From: Phoronis australis
Taxonomy: Eukaryota; Animalia; Phoronida
Reading direction: 5' to 3'
Length of the DNA stretch: 64,000 nt
Assembly: GCA_002633005.1 (NCBI GenBank)
Contig: NMRA01000772.1
Span: forward strand, 92,035-156,034
Shown here: positions 24,811-37,500 of the stretch, piece by piece
Position numbering within the stretch: position 1 is the first letter of the stretch
Layout of the letters: every line of letters starts with the position of its first letter
The notes under the pieces: generated by a model
Told to the model about the DNA's origin: nothing
What the model saw: only the letters and a program-made list of their open reading frames with translations
Database searches by the model: none
Translations under genes and position numbers: made by a program

Positions 24811-26607
24811 CTTTTACTTGCTAAAGACTGGTGGAAAGAATACAGTACAAGACAAAAATATGAAACGACCTGGAAATCCCGTTGTGACAGCTAGGTGGAA
24901 GCCTGATTCATGGTCAGAGAAGTCTTCCCTCATTACCGAGAATGGAAGGGAATTAACGAGAAAGTTAGTAAGCTCGCTAAGCCGTTTTTGTAATTACAAT
25001 TTACTGACCTAATGGTTAGTACTAGTCATTTTCCTGTTTAACAGAATTAGGTGTTATGATTACCTTTGCCTGGTGCTGTATATTCTCATGATTGATGTCA
25101 TGTGCTGGTAGTCATGGCAACACATCAGGTTGCAATCTCTTGATCAGGGGACACTATTATGCCATCCAAAGTGTTCACCACTGTCTGTTTCATGACTTGA
25201 GTTTTATCAGGAATGTTGTATTACAGTCCCTCTCATTATTCTGAAGTAACATTTCTGTCCTTTAATTATCAGTTATGTGTATACCATAGAGATTTTCGTC
25301 TTAAATATCTTTTGAGCATAACTTTAATGAACAAATACGTTTTTCAAATATGGTTGTGTAAAACCCAAGACCATCGCTTCTGGCCTCAAGTCATGAAACA
25401 GACCTTGACCTTGGGCACACAAGGGGACTGAGCTTTTTATGTTATTGTCGAAGTTATAGCTTCCTGATGTAAAACAAGATGCTCGGTCTTTGCTCATCAT
25501 TTTCTAACTTTGACCTCTCGATTTAAGTTTCGATGTGAATTTCTTCTCTAAAATTGTGAAATGCCATTATTGGTTCATAAAACAATAAGCGATAAAAGCT
25601 GGTATATTGTGGATGAAAGCCTGATTTCCATCTGTAGAAAGGTTTGTGGCCAAAAACTTGGAAGCTATTTTATCTGCAATTTGCAAGACAGTTTTTACTG
25701 CTTTTTATCTTCATTGCTTTGGAAGTCATGTGACCTGTGTGACCTAGTTTATGACTACAGTGTACCTTTGTGAAAATAAATTTCGCTACTTCTGTATAAA
25801 AGCATGTTTTTTCTACGATAAGCGCAGAATGGTAAACCTTTCTTTGTGGCCGTGCACTGAGCTGCGTAAAACTCAAAAACTTATCCACTGAATAAGCTCG
25901 ATTGTTGCGTGAAGTCAAATACATTGTTCAACAATAGCAGGGTGAGGAGTGATATTGTGACATCATTGGTGCTATTCTGCTTATACTTGTAATAAGTTAT
26001 GCAATCGGGCCCAGTTGAGGCTTTCTCATCCAGTTTGATATCTCGGACAAGCAGAGAAAGAACGTACCTTCTGATAGCCGGAAGAACGTACCCCCAAAAA
26101 TGCAGAGGACGGATTAAGAAATGGAAAGGAAGGGCTTGTGTAACTAGCTTCAATAGCTCGCCATGATACGTTTGCAGTGAATATCAACGTTTAGTGATAC
26201 CACGCCAATTGTCGAACAATACATATTCACATTCACGAGCTAAGTTTACTTATACCATGAAATTTTATTTTAAAGTTTTATGTGTTGCAATCGGTTTTAG
26301 TACTGTGACTTCTAAGTGAGTAAAATGACTTTGATTATTTAACAAGAATTGATATAACAAAGTGAAAAATTAACCCCTCGTTCCCATCACAACACCACTT
26401 CTCATTCGTCCACCATCCTTTGCTTTATTTAAGTGACCATTCTCTTCATACCTGGATGTTTATTACATTTCGAATGTCGGTATGTACTGTACATGAACTT
26501 TCTTAGAGCTTGGTTTATTTATTACTTTCTTCAGAATGACACTGCGTGCCAATTTTGACTATTGGGCATTATGCAAAGGACTCCCTGGCTGTTGATGTTA
26601 ATACTGG

Positions 26608-26758
26608 TCACTGTTGCTGCTCCTCGGTATCCTCGGATGCTGCGTACTCGCGGGTAGATGACAGCTTGAAGTGGGTTCTATTTTCTTTGATGCACCCGCC
26701 CCCATATCTTTCTTCATCCAGTCTTTCGATCAGAAACTTTAGTCTGATAGCACAGTAC
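26608..26758 (-). CDS. TOG-like gene terminal exon
   Basis: YCAIRLKFLIERLDEERYGGGCIKENRTHFKLSSTREYAASEDTEEQQQ*; atccag acceptor. Confidence 0.7.
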
Positions 26759-29700
26759 CTGGATTACGAGAGGCACTGGATTCAGTGGACGTACAGTAAA
26801 TGTCAATCTAAGTAAAAAGCACACGGGCGTATTTTAGGCATTTTCAGTAACACTGACGGTTGCAGCGGTGCAACCTGTTCCGCTTTGAGATGTTAAGTGT
26901 ACCGCGCCGCGCCATTAGGTCCATGGGCGTCAGTGCGGAACTTCGCTTACATGCGAAACGTAAGGGCTTGCGCCAATATGCGAACCACTTGGGGTAAAAA
27001 AATCCGACATAACGGCTTCCTTTCGTAATACAAAAACTATTTACCAAACATTCAGAGGCAAACGTAAAAGAATTGCCGTTGGGAGGCACAGCGGTAGTCA
27101 AAACGGGTGCAGGATAATTTCAAATTAGCCACATCTGTAAGTGAACTCCTAATTTCTGCAACCGATTGAACCACGCGGCTTGAAAGCTAATTGTGCTCAA
27201 TTTAACTGCAGATGAATAAAAAGTAATTGATGAATGTATAATCAAGCTCTAGCCCTACAAGTAAAAATGAACAAATCGGAGATCACAGGTTTCCGCTCGC
27301 CGTACAAAAGCAGGGTTAGTTCAAGACGAGCTAGCTCAAATTTGACTAAGTGCAGCTACTAACCACAGCAGCCCTCAGTACAAGTTAAATCTTACCTAAG
27401 AACTTTATCAGTACTTGTCACGTCTCTGAGGATCACCTTTCTTAAGTTGTCTGTTATCGGAACACTCTGGTCAGTTTCAATCATTTCAAGGATGTAACTA
27501 CTTGCGTAACGACGGACATTCACTAGTTTACTATAAGGAAAACAACAAGACTTGTTGTTTTTTCACAGTTTTGTTTGGTAACATATGAGGGAATTACGTC
27601 TGTGTTATTTAGTTTTGTCAAACGTCAAACTACGCCAGTCGTTGCCAACCTTTCAGAACCGGAGGCTCCTAGTGTGAAGCACCAGATTTCACATATTGAG
27701 AAATGAGAATTTCCGCAACAGCGGACCTACCCTCGGTTGTTTCACTCCTCACGGTGTTTCCATTACTGGGGATGTAACATTTCAGGAGCCCATTTTATCA
27801 AGGATTATAAATCTGCTGAGTTTCTCATAAGAAACGAAGGAATCCGAGGATAGGCGGACTAATGGTCGTATAATGAAAGGATCGACCAATCACTCGGTTA
27901 GTAAGGTCATATGGACCTTGGAAGAGTCATATGACCGGATGTGACCATCCAAAGGAATCGGTCCATCGGTTTTGTTGTATCCCACTTAGACCAGTTGCAC
28001 ATTGACACGAGCAGAAACAGAACAAAAATCAAAAGATTATCAAAAGTGTTACGTCACCTGTTGGTTGCATTCATAAGAATTTGGAACACTTCCGTTAGAG
28101 GCCCCTCCCTGATTGCTACTTGAAGACTTAACTCCGCCTTCTTCCTCATGGTGTCTTTGATGGAACCGCATCGTTCCAGCAACATGGGTATCAGCTTCCT
28201 GTGGCGCTACTGGATAAACGACACTTTGAAAGAGAAAGCAACCGCTTTTTCATGCTTAAACCTTAGTAGGTCCGTGGTTATCGTGGAAATACATATTCCG
28301 TGTTAAGCACTGTTGCCCTGGCGTAAATTTAGTATGGCCATGTGACGACAGAAAGTGACGTAAACGGTCCGTTTCTGCATTCACTTCTGTTTAACAAACA
28401 CGAATGAACTCGTACAGACTCGGGCTCATCATGTTTCCTCACTAGAAGTGGATGCAGATGCGGGTCCTTTGTGGGGCCGTTTACGTCACTTCCTCATTAA
28501 CTTTTTACATGGATTATAGATACACGCCAGGGGAAGTAAAATTAACACGGAAAGTGCGTTTCCTGGATAATCATGGATCTGAAGTTTTACTAAAGGTAAC
28601 ACAAAAGCGGTCGCTTTCCACTTTAATTACCCAGAAAAAGTCTACCACGGATGTAACTGGACTGTCTCAGAAATACTTTAATAATCTCGGCAAGATCAGG
28701 TCAGAGAGCAAGCGACAACATCTCAGCTTTACATTTTCAGTCGTCATTTCTTGCTTGATTTTTCTCGTGATTGATATCTTGATATTAATGAATTTAAAAA
28801 TCAGTTAACAAACGAAAACTCACACAAAATTCCCCAATGTACACAATAACATCACAAAATTCTATTCATCGCAACAACATTAGGGAAATACAACTTGCGG
28901 GTTTCCAATCTTTGCAGAAAAGTGGGACAACACGGTCACCTTGTTGCGTAACGACAAGGAAAACCAGTGCGAGATCTTACAAACCTCAAATGTGTTGGGT
29001 TGAGGTTAGCGCCATCTGACGCCAAAGGAAGTGGGACAAAAATAAGCCATGGTTTATATCTCGCAAAAAGTCTATTTACGTACACAATAGACATCAAATC
29101 ATCTGACCTACTCAAAAGTAAACCCCTTGATTACTAGAAGTCAAGAAAGTTTACTTCAACAAAACTGAAGATTTAGGAGATGAGTGAGCCTGCGTATGAC
29201 GCATAAATATGCATTGACTTGTTTAACTCGTAACGTAGGCTTGATTTATATTCACACCTTTAAACAAGTATGTGGAACCGACTCAACACAAGTTTTATTA
29301 CATTCCTAGGCTTCCGACCCTTCACACAAATATTGGATACACCTGTGCAACAAAACGGGGGCCATTTTGGCTATGTGGTCACGACCCCAGGATATTCCCA
29401 CAGACAAGGTTCTTGTATACGAGACGTGCCTCTCGGAAGGTTAATTTTTCCAGTTTCTCTGCGAAATGGTTGTCTTCGTAGGTTTTGCCTAATTAAATAG
29501 GTTTTATTTGCCTCTCTATTTGTAGTCCTATGTGGTCATTGTACCATTGCCGCGTTGTTCGAAAATCGACCGTTTTCATCAAAATATTGCCAACTGAAGA
29601 CAATATCAGAAAATCATTCACAGGTTCTGGAGGTAATCCTGTACAGGTTACACAGGTGGTTTACTTTTAATTGGTTGTCACCAATTTCGTGTTCGATGGT

Positions 29701-30313
29701 ATTCGAAAGACGTACTGTTTTAGACTGTTCAATTGATATCTATAATTTTTAAGGTGTTGTAAGTCCGTAGTTCCTACACTGCTCATCTCACTAGCAGTGT
29801 CGGATTTAAGAGGGAGTGGGCAAGGGGACCATGTCCGCCCCCTAAAATTTTCCCAGATTCCATTTGACAGTTCGGGGGTTGCGAATGTCTGATGGGCAAA
29901 ATCCTGGCTAATACTTTGCCCTGTCACATTCCCCAACTCAAAATCCTGTATTCGTCCCTGACTAGGACACAACTTTTGAAAACTGGCGTACCGTGACCAT
30001 CCTCATCTGTGAAAGAAATACCAACATGTCTAATGCCATTTCACTCAGTTGCCTGACGGGGTGATTTGCTCGCTCGTACACCAAGTCGAATACTTCCTCC
30101 GCTTCGGTTACGAAGTCTCGCGGTTTTTCAACATCAATGATGCAACGCTTTAGTTCCATGAGATAGATAAGGTCCTGGTGCCTTTGGGAAACACCATATA
30201 CACAGATTGTAGATGAAAACTAAGGAAACGGAAGTCAATGGAGTGCAGATACCCTGAAGATACCTTATAGAGAAGAAAACGAGACGAGTAGTATATACAT
30301 ACGCAACATACAT

Positions 30314-30367
<54 letters not shown>

Positions 30368-32367
30368 ACGTGTGTGTATGTTCATGAATGAATGAGGTGC
30401 GTGTGTATATATACAAGGTGATACTCAGAAGTTCCGATAATTTGAGCAAAGCTCATCAACTAAAATTTGATAGTTTTCCACTGCCCCCTCCGAAATAGTC
30501 ACCCATGTCACTCCTGTATCGACTCCAAACGGTACCCATTCTGCATGGATTTTAGTTTGGGGATATAAAAAGTTACAGGAGCTAGATCTAGTGAATAAGC
30601 ATAGTATGGATTGACCACAGTGTTCCCAATATCCAAGAAGCCCTGTATTACGTGCGACGTGTTAGCTGGCGTGAAGTGAACATGACGAAGGGTCCTGTCA
30701 TTGTTTTTCCACTCTTCTGGTCGTTTGTGGCGTATGCTCTCCCTACATTCTTTCAAAACTTCGCAACAAAACTGCCCATTAACAGTTCCTGAGGAACGAA
30801 TTCCTTCTTGCACGTCTTAAAAAATAATCAACTTGAACCCGGTTTCTTCGGCTTCGGGGACCAACGTGACGGCCGTTGTGGCGACTGTTGCTTAGCCTTG
30901 GGGTTATAGCCCTCCCGCTATATCGACGATTCATCACCAGTAATAACTTTTAAAGAAAGTCCGTGCTAACTCTGACTCGTTTTTGAGATTCGGGAAACTG
31001 TCAGACTGAGAATTTCTCATTTTGCTCACAACACCCAAATTACGGATTTTTTGTGACACACCTTACATGTCTTAATGAGTTTTTAAACAACACAAGACGA
31101 ATATCACAAAAAAATTATTAAATTTCCATTGCTTTCACTTTTCCTATCAACCACTGAGTCCCTTGAAGGTGGAGTTACCACCGCTGGAATGAATTAAGGC
31201 TGACAGTGGAATGAAAACTTGGGGGCACGGTCGAGGTTGTTGAAAGACTTGTAGAAAAATTTTAGACATGAAATGTGAAAAATGTCGTTCAAGGAAAAGT
31301 GGTTCAGTTATTTCATCAATGGCTTTCCGTGAGGTAGGAAGTACAGAGAGATGATATTGCGAACAGCCTGTTTCTGTGTTAATTGTTGGCGGTAGCAGTT
31401 GTGAACAGCCAAAACGTTATGGCATAGGAGAAATGAGGCAAAACGAGTGACGTATTGATCAAGAGAAGAACGTGATGAGGAAATGTTCCTTTCAGTTTGT
31501 GCACTACATCATATGTTTAGCAGTTGCAATTGCTATCTCTTGAATATGCTTGTTCAAAGATAAATGTTTGTCTAAAGATAGAAGTTACACAGAACAGCTA
31601 ACCCGTACGTCAATGAATGATTGAGCGCACTCGATCTGATTCAAGAAAGGTGCCGTCGAGGTGAAGACCATATTATTTAGCCTATTCTGAGTTGGATTCT
31701 CGACATACCCCCAGACAGCGCATATTTACAGTTCATCTTAGTCGATCGAATAACTGTATGTCTTATAAAGTGCACCTAGTTGTTGCGTTTGTGAAAGCCA
31801 TCATAAGACACCAACCACTCTGAAGACGATGCCATCAAGTCCAAGTACTTCCGGAAGTCTTTCTTTAGCCGAGCCACTTTCTCTTTGGAGCTTCCCTGCA
31901 AAAGGCAGTCCTTTTGGGGGATAGCACTTGGCGTCAGACTTAAACAGAACATTGCTACAATTGTATATTCATGCCACCGTTATGATAATAACTGCGATCA
32001 CCACACCACCACCACCATCATCACTACTATAACGATTGTCACCGTTATCGCCCAGGCCCCTGTATAAGTCACCATTTTGCTATAATCTGAGTACGTATAT
32101 ACATTGTTAGAACTTCTCAAACGGAGCTGGTAATTATTTCGAAGTTTATTTTGTCCGTATGATGACGTCTGTACTGAGAACTGCACTTTCACTTTTTCGA
32201 CGATTTTTAATTATCTCGTTTTCAAAACTTTCACCAGCTGACATTTAACAGGGCCACACCAAATTAGGATCGTATGAAACAAAGAGCGATACACTTGTAT
32301 TTACCTTTTCTTTATCTCTGTTCTGGATGGGAAATCATGATGAAGAATTGACTGGACTCTCGAAGAT
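26608..32367 (-). CDS. Uncharacterised TOG/CLASP_N-like HEAT-repeat protein (about 270 aa recovered, N-terminus unresolved); join of 32305-32367, 31816-31938, 29992-30181, 28058-28206, 27396-27530, 26608-26758
   Basis: Six phase-compatible GT-AG exons give ...RKYLDLMASSSEWHQDLIYLMELKRCII...NHPVRQLSEMALDMLVFL...LIPMLLERCGSIKDTMRKKAELSL...NATNSKLVNVRRYASSYILEMI...LRKVILRDVTSTDKVLRYCAIRLKFLIERL...QQQ*. This has the helix-loop pattern of CLASP/TOGARAM TOG domains. Confidence 0.75.
27396..27530 (-). CDS. TOG-like gene exon
   Basis: (S)KLVNVRRYASSYILEMIETDQSVPITDNLRKVILRDVTSTDKVL(R); strong ttttccttatag acceptor, gtaaga donor. Confidence 0.78.
28058..28206 (-). CDS. TOG-like gene exon
   Basis: RHRKLIPMLLERCGSIKDTMRKKAELSLQVAIREGPLTEVFQILMNATN. 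The acceptor must be the distal AG of CAGTAG, so the 5' edge is uncertain; donor gtgacg. Confidence 0.7.
28353..28491. repeat. Short foldback/MITE
   Basis: AAGTGACGTAAACGG...TCTGCATTCACTTCT versus AGAAGTGGATGCAGA...CCGTTTACGTCACTT. Confidence 0.6.
29795..29960. mobile_element. CAG...CTG MITE with 5-bp TSD (ACTAG); related copy at 42272-42429
   Basis: ACTAG flanks both ends. Internal CCCAGATTCCATTTG and GGGCAAAATCCTGGCTAATACT are shared with 42272-42429. Confidence 0.7.
29992..30181 (-). CDS. TOG-like gene exon
   Basis: (W)HQDLIYLMELKRCIIDVEKPRDFVTEAEEVFDLVYERANHPVRQLSEMALDMLVFLSQMRMVT; ttcccaaag / gtacgc. Confidence 0.75.
30316..30364. repeat. (GT)n microsatellite
   Basis: Perfect dinucleotide run. 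Confidence 0.97.
30412..31066 (-). mobile_element. Decayed, internally deleted mariner transposon
   Basis: Minus-strand remnants VITGDES..Y.P..KQQS, TVNGQF..EVLK..RESIRHKRPE.W, YSLDLAP..F..PKLK and GDYF.G. Imperfect TIRs TACAAGGTG...GAAGTTCC and GGATTTTTTGTGACACACCTTAC. Confidence 0.82.
31816..31938 (-). CDS. TOG-like gene exon
   Basis: LTPSAIPQKDCLLQGSSKEKVARLKKDFRKYLDLMASSSE(W); split Trp codon TG|gttggt. Confidence 0.68.
32305..32367 (-). CDS. TOG-like gene, most upstream exon found
   Basis: tttacgcag acceptor, AG|gtaaat donor, SSRVQSILHHDFPSRTEIKK. The same frame is also open back to an ATG at 32522. Confidence 0.5.
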
Positions 32368-32716
32368 CTGCGTAAATAGTTGCACAAAATGAATGAAATA
32401 TCGGCCTTTTGTGTTGATAAGTTTTTGTCAATACATAGGGAAAATAGGAGCGTGAACACAACCGGAAGCTCCACGCAGCGGCTTCTCGCGTGAACCTGTA
32501 ATCGCAAACTTTTTAGAATCATTCGTTATTGTAAGGAGACTTAATAACGGTAATCGTTTTCCATGTCCTTCTTCTATTTAAAGGAGTACATCTTCAACAT
32601 TTTATTAATAGGATTTAAACAAAAGGGTTTGTGTCAAACAGTTTAATACCTTTGTCACTGCGTCACCTCTACAAAATGTGGCCATGTTAAATGGTGATGA
32701 ACGACTGACACGTACT

Positions 32717-32872
32717 CAGTGCTGTAGTGGGGCGAAGGCAAACGTAGGCGCAGCCAAAAACCTTTTGGCATTTGAACGTAGCGCCCACACACTGTAAGTT
32801 ACGCTCAGTGCTCAAGGCGATACGGTAGGCTTTAGGCGCCTACTTACCTCTAATTTTACCACCACAGCACTG
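32717..32872. mobile_element. hAT-like MITE
   Basis: TIR CAGTGCTGT(A/G)GTGG; flanks CACGTACT / CACGGAAT (6 of 8 match, a degenerate 8-bp TSD). Confidence 0.65.
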
Positions 32873-34449
32873 CACGGAATTTTGTGTATGGGGCCACCCG
32901 TGTGCATGTTTTGGTTTGGACGTTTGTACTAAGCATTATGAGGACGGTCCGTAAAAGAATAGTGAATCTTTTTCATTGTTGTTTTGTTTGACGTCCTGTA
33001 ATCTTGGGTGTGCGGAGCTTTTTTAGTTCCCAGCTTACCAGAAATTATTCTTTCACATATTCTGTTTTATTTCATTCCTGTTCTTTGCATATGTATTCTG
33101 TCATATAATCTTATTTCGTGAACTTTCGTCTCCTTTTCATCTCCGTTAACGAGCTTGTGACGCACGCATTTTCATCGTGGCTATAAACGTCGATCATAAA
33201 TTACATTATAGATTCACAGCGCTACCCTCTAAACATCTTAGCCTGGACACATGTTCGTTCTGGCATTTGATTTGCCAGTGGAGCAGTGCAATGATGCGTT
33301 AATACAGACCATTACTATTACTAGTGTGTGTACTGTCCACGGTAAGCAATTTTGAGTGATAAGACCGATGGCGATTTAGTATTCTTAGCATCAATTTAAA
33401 GTTGAACATGTTACTGGAAAATCAAAATCAAATCTACTTTATGATTTGTATATGCAGGACGTAACAAATAAGGAACATTCCCTTGACTAACGGCACTCAG
33501 TTGACTAATAAATCCAAACGTTTATACTGTACGTAAACAGCGCCACACGGCTATGTCTCAAAATAAACACATTGATTCAATCTGGTAATCTATAAAAACT
33601 TATTCTCGAGGATCATTTTCGTATCTTCAACTAAAGTTATGAATTCAACATTTCCGTCGATTTTTTGATCACGTGATTGCAATGCAAATCAAAGTAGAAA
33701 ATTTAGTAACCTACTTCTAGCTTGGATGCTTCGCTAGCCAGCAAGCTGTATGTAGACCAGCGCCAAAATATTTACAGATTTCAGTAACTTAGGCCTACGT
33801 TAGCCTAGCTTAGGCGGGCTACACTGGTGTTATAATGACAATTAACAAGGAATGGACGACTGAAAGTTTGTGGTAAACGACTTGACACGAGACAAAGTAA
33901 ACAAGTTTAAAGAACAAAATTTCAGAACAATACAAACTAGTAGTTCTTATAGACCAAAATGCGACTAGGTAGAATCTTATTTCGTCGGCCCAGAAGACTT
34001 ATTGTCTACAGAAGACCATGAGAAAAACATTTCTTACTTTCGTTTCGAGCCTGCCGTGTCTAGAAAGCTAGTGATAGAGGACACGGTGCTACCATGTGCA
34101 TCAGCCAAGCTCAACCGTTCCATATCAGCCCATAAAAGCAATCTGTTGAGCAATGTTGTTCAACGAGCAGCACAGGCTTTCGAGATCTACACAGCGTTTA
34201 GCGTGTATCTCGTGCTTTGCAGGCGTACGCAGAGCGTGCCGAAGTTAGTAAATGAAATGAAGAATTATTCACACTGTTTGCAAATTCGTTTGCGGTGTAG
34301 GCTGACAATACTAAACTACTTTACCATTAACATATATACATTTACTTCTGAATTCAGTTCGTTCCCGCTTTGCTAACGGATATTGAATTAAAAAAATAAG
34401 CTGTGTTCAGCTGCGTTTCACGCTGAAAAGTAGCGCGCGAATCATATGA

Positions 34450-34512
34450 CTATGATTCTGCTTTCTTCCATTCTTCTACGAGCCTTGCAAATTCTTGAAG
34501 TGTTTCGTCTTT
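34450..34512 (-). CDS. KYAT-like terminal exon
   Basis: KDETLQEFARLVEEWKKAES*; ttttttacag acceptor. Confidence 0.9.
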   Translation of the reverse strand, partial: KDETLQEFARLVEEWKKAES

Positions 34513-37500
34513 CTGTAAAAAATTACAGTAGGCACATAGTGATATAAATAAAAGACAGACATAAGCTAACTGGTGGCATTTTCGGCGAGAAATGTGATTT
34601 CAACTTTAAGATCAACCCCAGCGCGGAATCAACACTGAACCCCTGCAGTCTCAGCCTATACATGTAGAAGTCTGTTGTCGGAGCAAGTCACTCGAGAAAT
34701 GGCAGGCAGAGTATTTTAAACGAATTTAACTACAATCACCATGATTTCAGCGAATGACTTGCGAAGGAAGAAGATCTGCACAATACACGAGGTTCTTCAA
34801 TTTGTTTTGTGACTTCCATCAATTTTTACTTTGAATAAGATTTGGGAGTAAATGATAAAATATTTTCAGCGAGGATTTGTAAGTCACGAAATAACGCTTG
34901 TCAGGGAATCACGGACAAACAAAGCCATCCCATAATGCGCTTCTCTGTCGGATATTGAAACAAATTATTCCAAAAGTAAGTTTACTCGTATAACAAGCCT
35001 CTCCAAAATCGTATCTAACCTTCTTGTACTCACTTTGAAGAAACAAAACCGTGCATAGGTGGCGCCCATGGTTGATTTATGCTCCGGTCCATAAAATACT
35101 TCACCCGGCATCACAGCTATAGACTTGGTTTCGGCTAACCAGGAAGCAAACCGATTTTCTTGTTTCCCTTCGGATTTGTCTCGACAAAATCCTAAACAGC
35201 AGACTCAGAACGTAATAAACGGCTTTGGTGTTATTTGAGAAAATTAATGTTTAGGTCCCAGGAAGACCGCGTTCTGATGCAGGGTATACAGCAAGAAAGG
35301 ATGGACAAATTTCAAGCGAAATTTTTGGCTACACGTAGGTGCCACTTTTTGTTAATAGGTTGACACACGTCGTCTAATAAATCATTCGAGCTCAGCTTTA
35401 TTGAGGCCATATTGTTCATGAAGACGACAGGAGATGACACTGTCTATGTTCATCTATTTGCTTGTTCAGTTTTGACGTTATGGCCGTCGAAATCAAAGGG
35501 GTTAGGCCATATTTACTGTTTACGTAGCGACGTAAATTTATTAAGCGCTTCGGAAACTATTACCTGGCTATGGATGCGGTCAAGCGTAATCCTTCTCAAC
35601 TGGCCAGTGGAGCATGTAAGGAGTGTAACAGTTGTTGCACCACACACCAGTTAATGCAAATACATAATTTTGTAAAATTTCGAGTGGAAAATTCGCTCCA
35701 CATAAGTATTTGAGCAAAAGAGCAAAGTATGGGAGAATAAATATATAATGATAGTGACTGAGATAATTCCTTATAAATTAGTTCAGATTGTGACACTCTC
35801 ACCATTACTTGGCTACATTTTTATTCACTAATTGTGAAGTTGGAGTGTAAGACCAAATTTCTGTCTTTTAAGACTTTTAAAAAAGTCTAAGAAAGTCACT
35901 TTCATGAACGGACCTTAGGGAGATAAGTTTAGTATTAAACTTAGTAGTTGACAGAACCCTGTCATACGGTGTATAATAAACTAAAGAACACTTTGAAGAT
36001 TGTAAATGAACCCCCGTTTGCATAGATCCCATATGCCTCAACTCACCAAGAGCCCCAGTGATGTCACACATGACGAAGTAACCTCCATCTGGCATGATTG
36101 GTCGAATTCCAACTTTCTCGAGAATTGACGCCAGCACTTGACGTTTTGGCGCCATTTCTCGTGCCAAAGATACGAAGTAAGAATCAGGACTTCCAAATCT
36201 TGAAACCTCTTTTTCAATAGAGTGGGCTATTGCTACCTAGAACAACAGTGACTTACAAATTACCAGGGAGTCAGTCTATTGTCTTTTTCATGAAAAATGA
36301 CTGAAAATCCGAGTCTGAAATTTGATCTGTAGTACAATCCATTCATAACTAATTGCCAAAAACGATTATAACTCATTTCGGCAAACGTACGAAGTATATG
36401 AGGATATATAAAATAGGTGCTAGCTACTGGGAGCGTTTGTATGAATTGATTCTAGGCAGGGATATGCTAATATTTACATGGATAATTGTTTATTCGGTAA
36501 TTTTGAAACAGGGGGGATAACACCAAATTTCTGACTTACGTATGTCACTTTTCATAATACAAACACATGACTAAATTCAAGGTGGAGAAACAATAATGTG
36601 GTCTCATTGACTGACGAATACACTTTGGCCGTAGAACAGTGGCAGTAGCAGAAACTGTAGTTGTAGTGGTAGGGGTAGTGGTGGTGGTGGTGGCGGTAGT
36701 GGTGAGGTGGTGATAGTGGTAGTTGCTGTTGTGGTAGTTTAAATAATTTGTTTTAGTAGATGCTGCATTAGTAGCTTTAGTAATTGTTGTAGTAGCAGTC
36801 ACAGTAATGATTTTAAAACAAAGCGAGATTGTGTACAGTTGCAGCCTGTCACCCCCAAGCCTTCTGAAAACCTCAGCACCTTAGCACTGCCTATAAGAAC
36901 TTGTCTACCGTATGTGGAGATCCCTAAAAAGGCGTGGAAATGAGATCAGCATTTAGTAAGACCATCACTTTCGGGTCCCCTTTAAAGTTGCTGTTATTCC
37001 AGTCAATAGTTCACCACATTTTAAAAATCGAAGGCCCAACTTTGCAAAATTTTCTTGCTGAAAAACGTGAAGGCATTTTATCGGTTTAAACTTTTATAGA
37101 TTAGGCCGGAGTAGTTTACTGCTGCACTGATCGACATGTATCTTGACGCCAAGTCGTATTTGATTTAACGACCATGCGAAAATAAATCCCATGTAGAAAT
37201 CTGTAGTCGCTAAAAACTGACGTCGAAATGGTCGACTAAAAAAAGGTCGTACCGTATTCCGTTCTCAGAAAAATGTGTATCAATCAATCTCTAACTCCAT
37301 TCCTCGCGCCAACGAAGACAGAATGCAAACGATCGCTTACAATGGAGGCGCGTGCTTGCCCGACTTTTTCTGAATAATAAAGACTTCCGTCTGTATACTT
37401 CCTGTTGTAATTTATGCCCGTGTTTTATGTGTGTAGACTGCTGTGGTGGCAAATGCACTGATTTCACGAAATAAACGGAACAATGGTGAACCAAAGGTAC

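Noticed and set aside
33030-33185. Candidate upstream exon for the TOG-like gene (AG acceptor, GTAAGC donor)
   Set aside because: Stops occur in every frame before the donor; at most a non-coding exon
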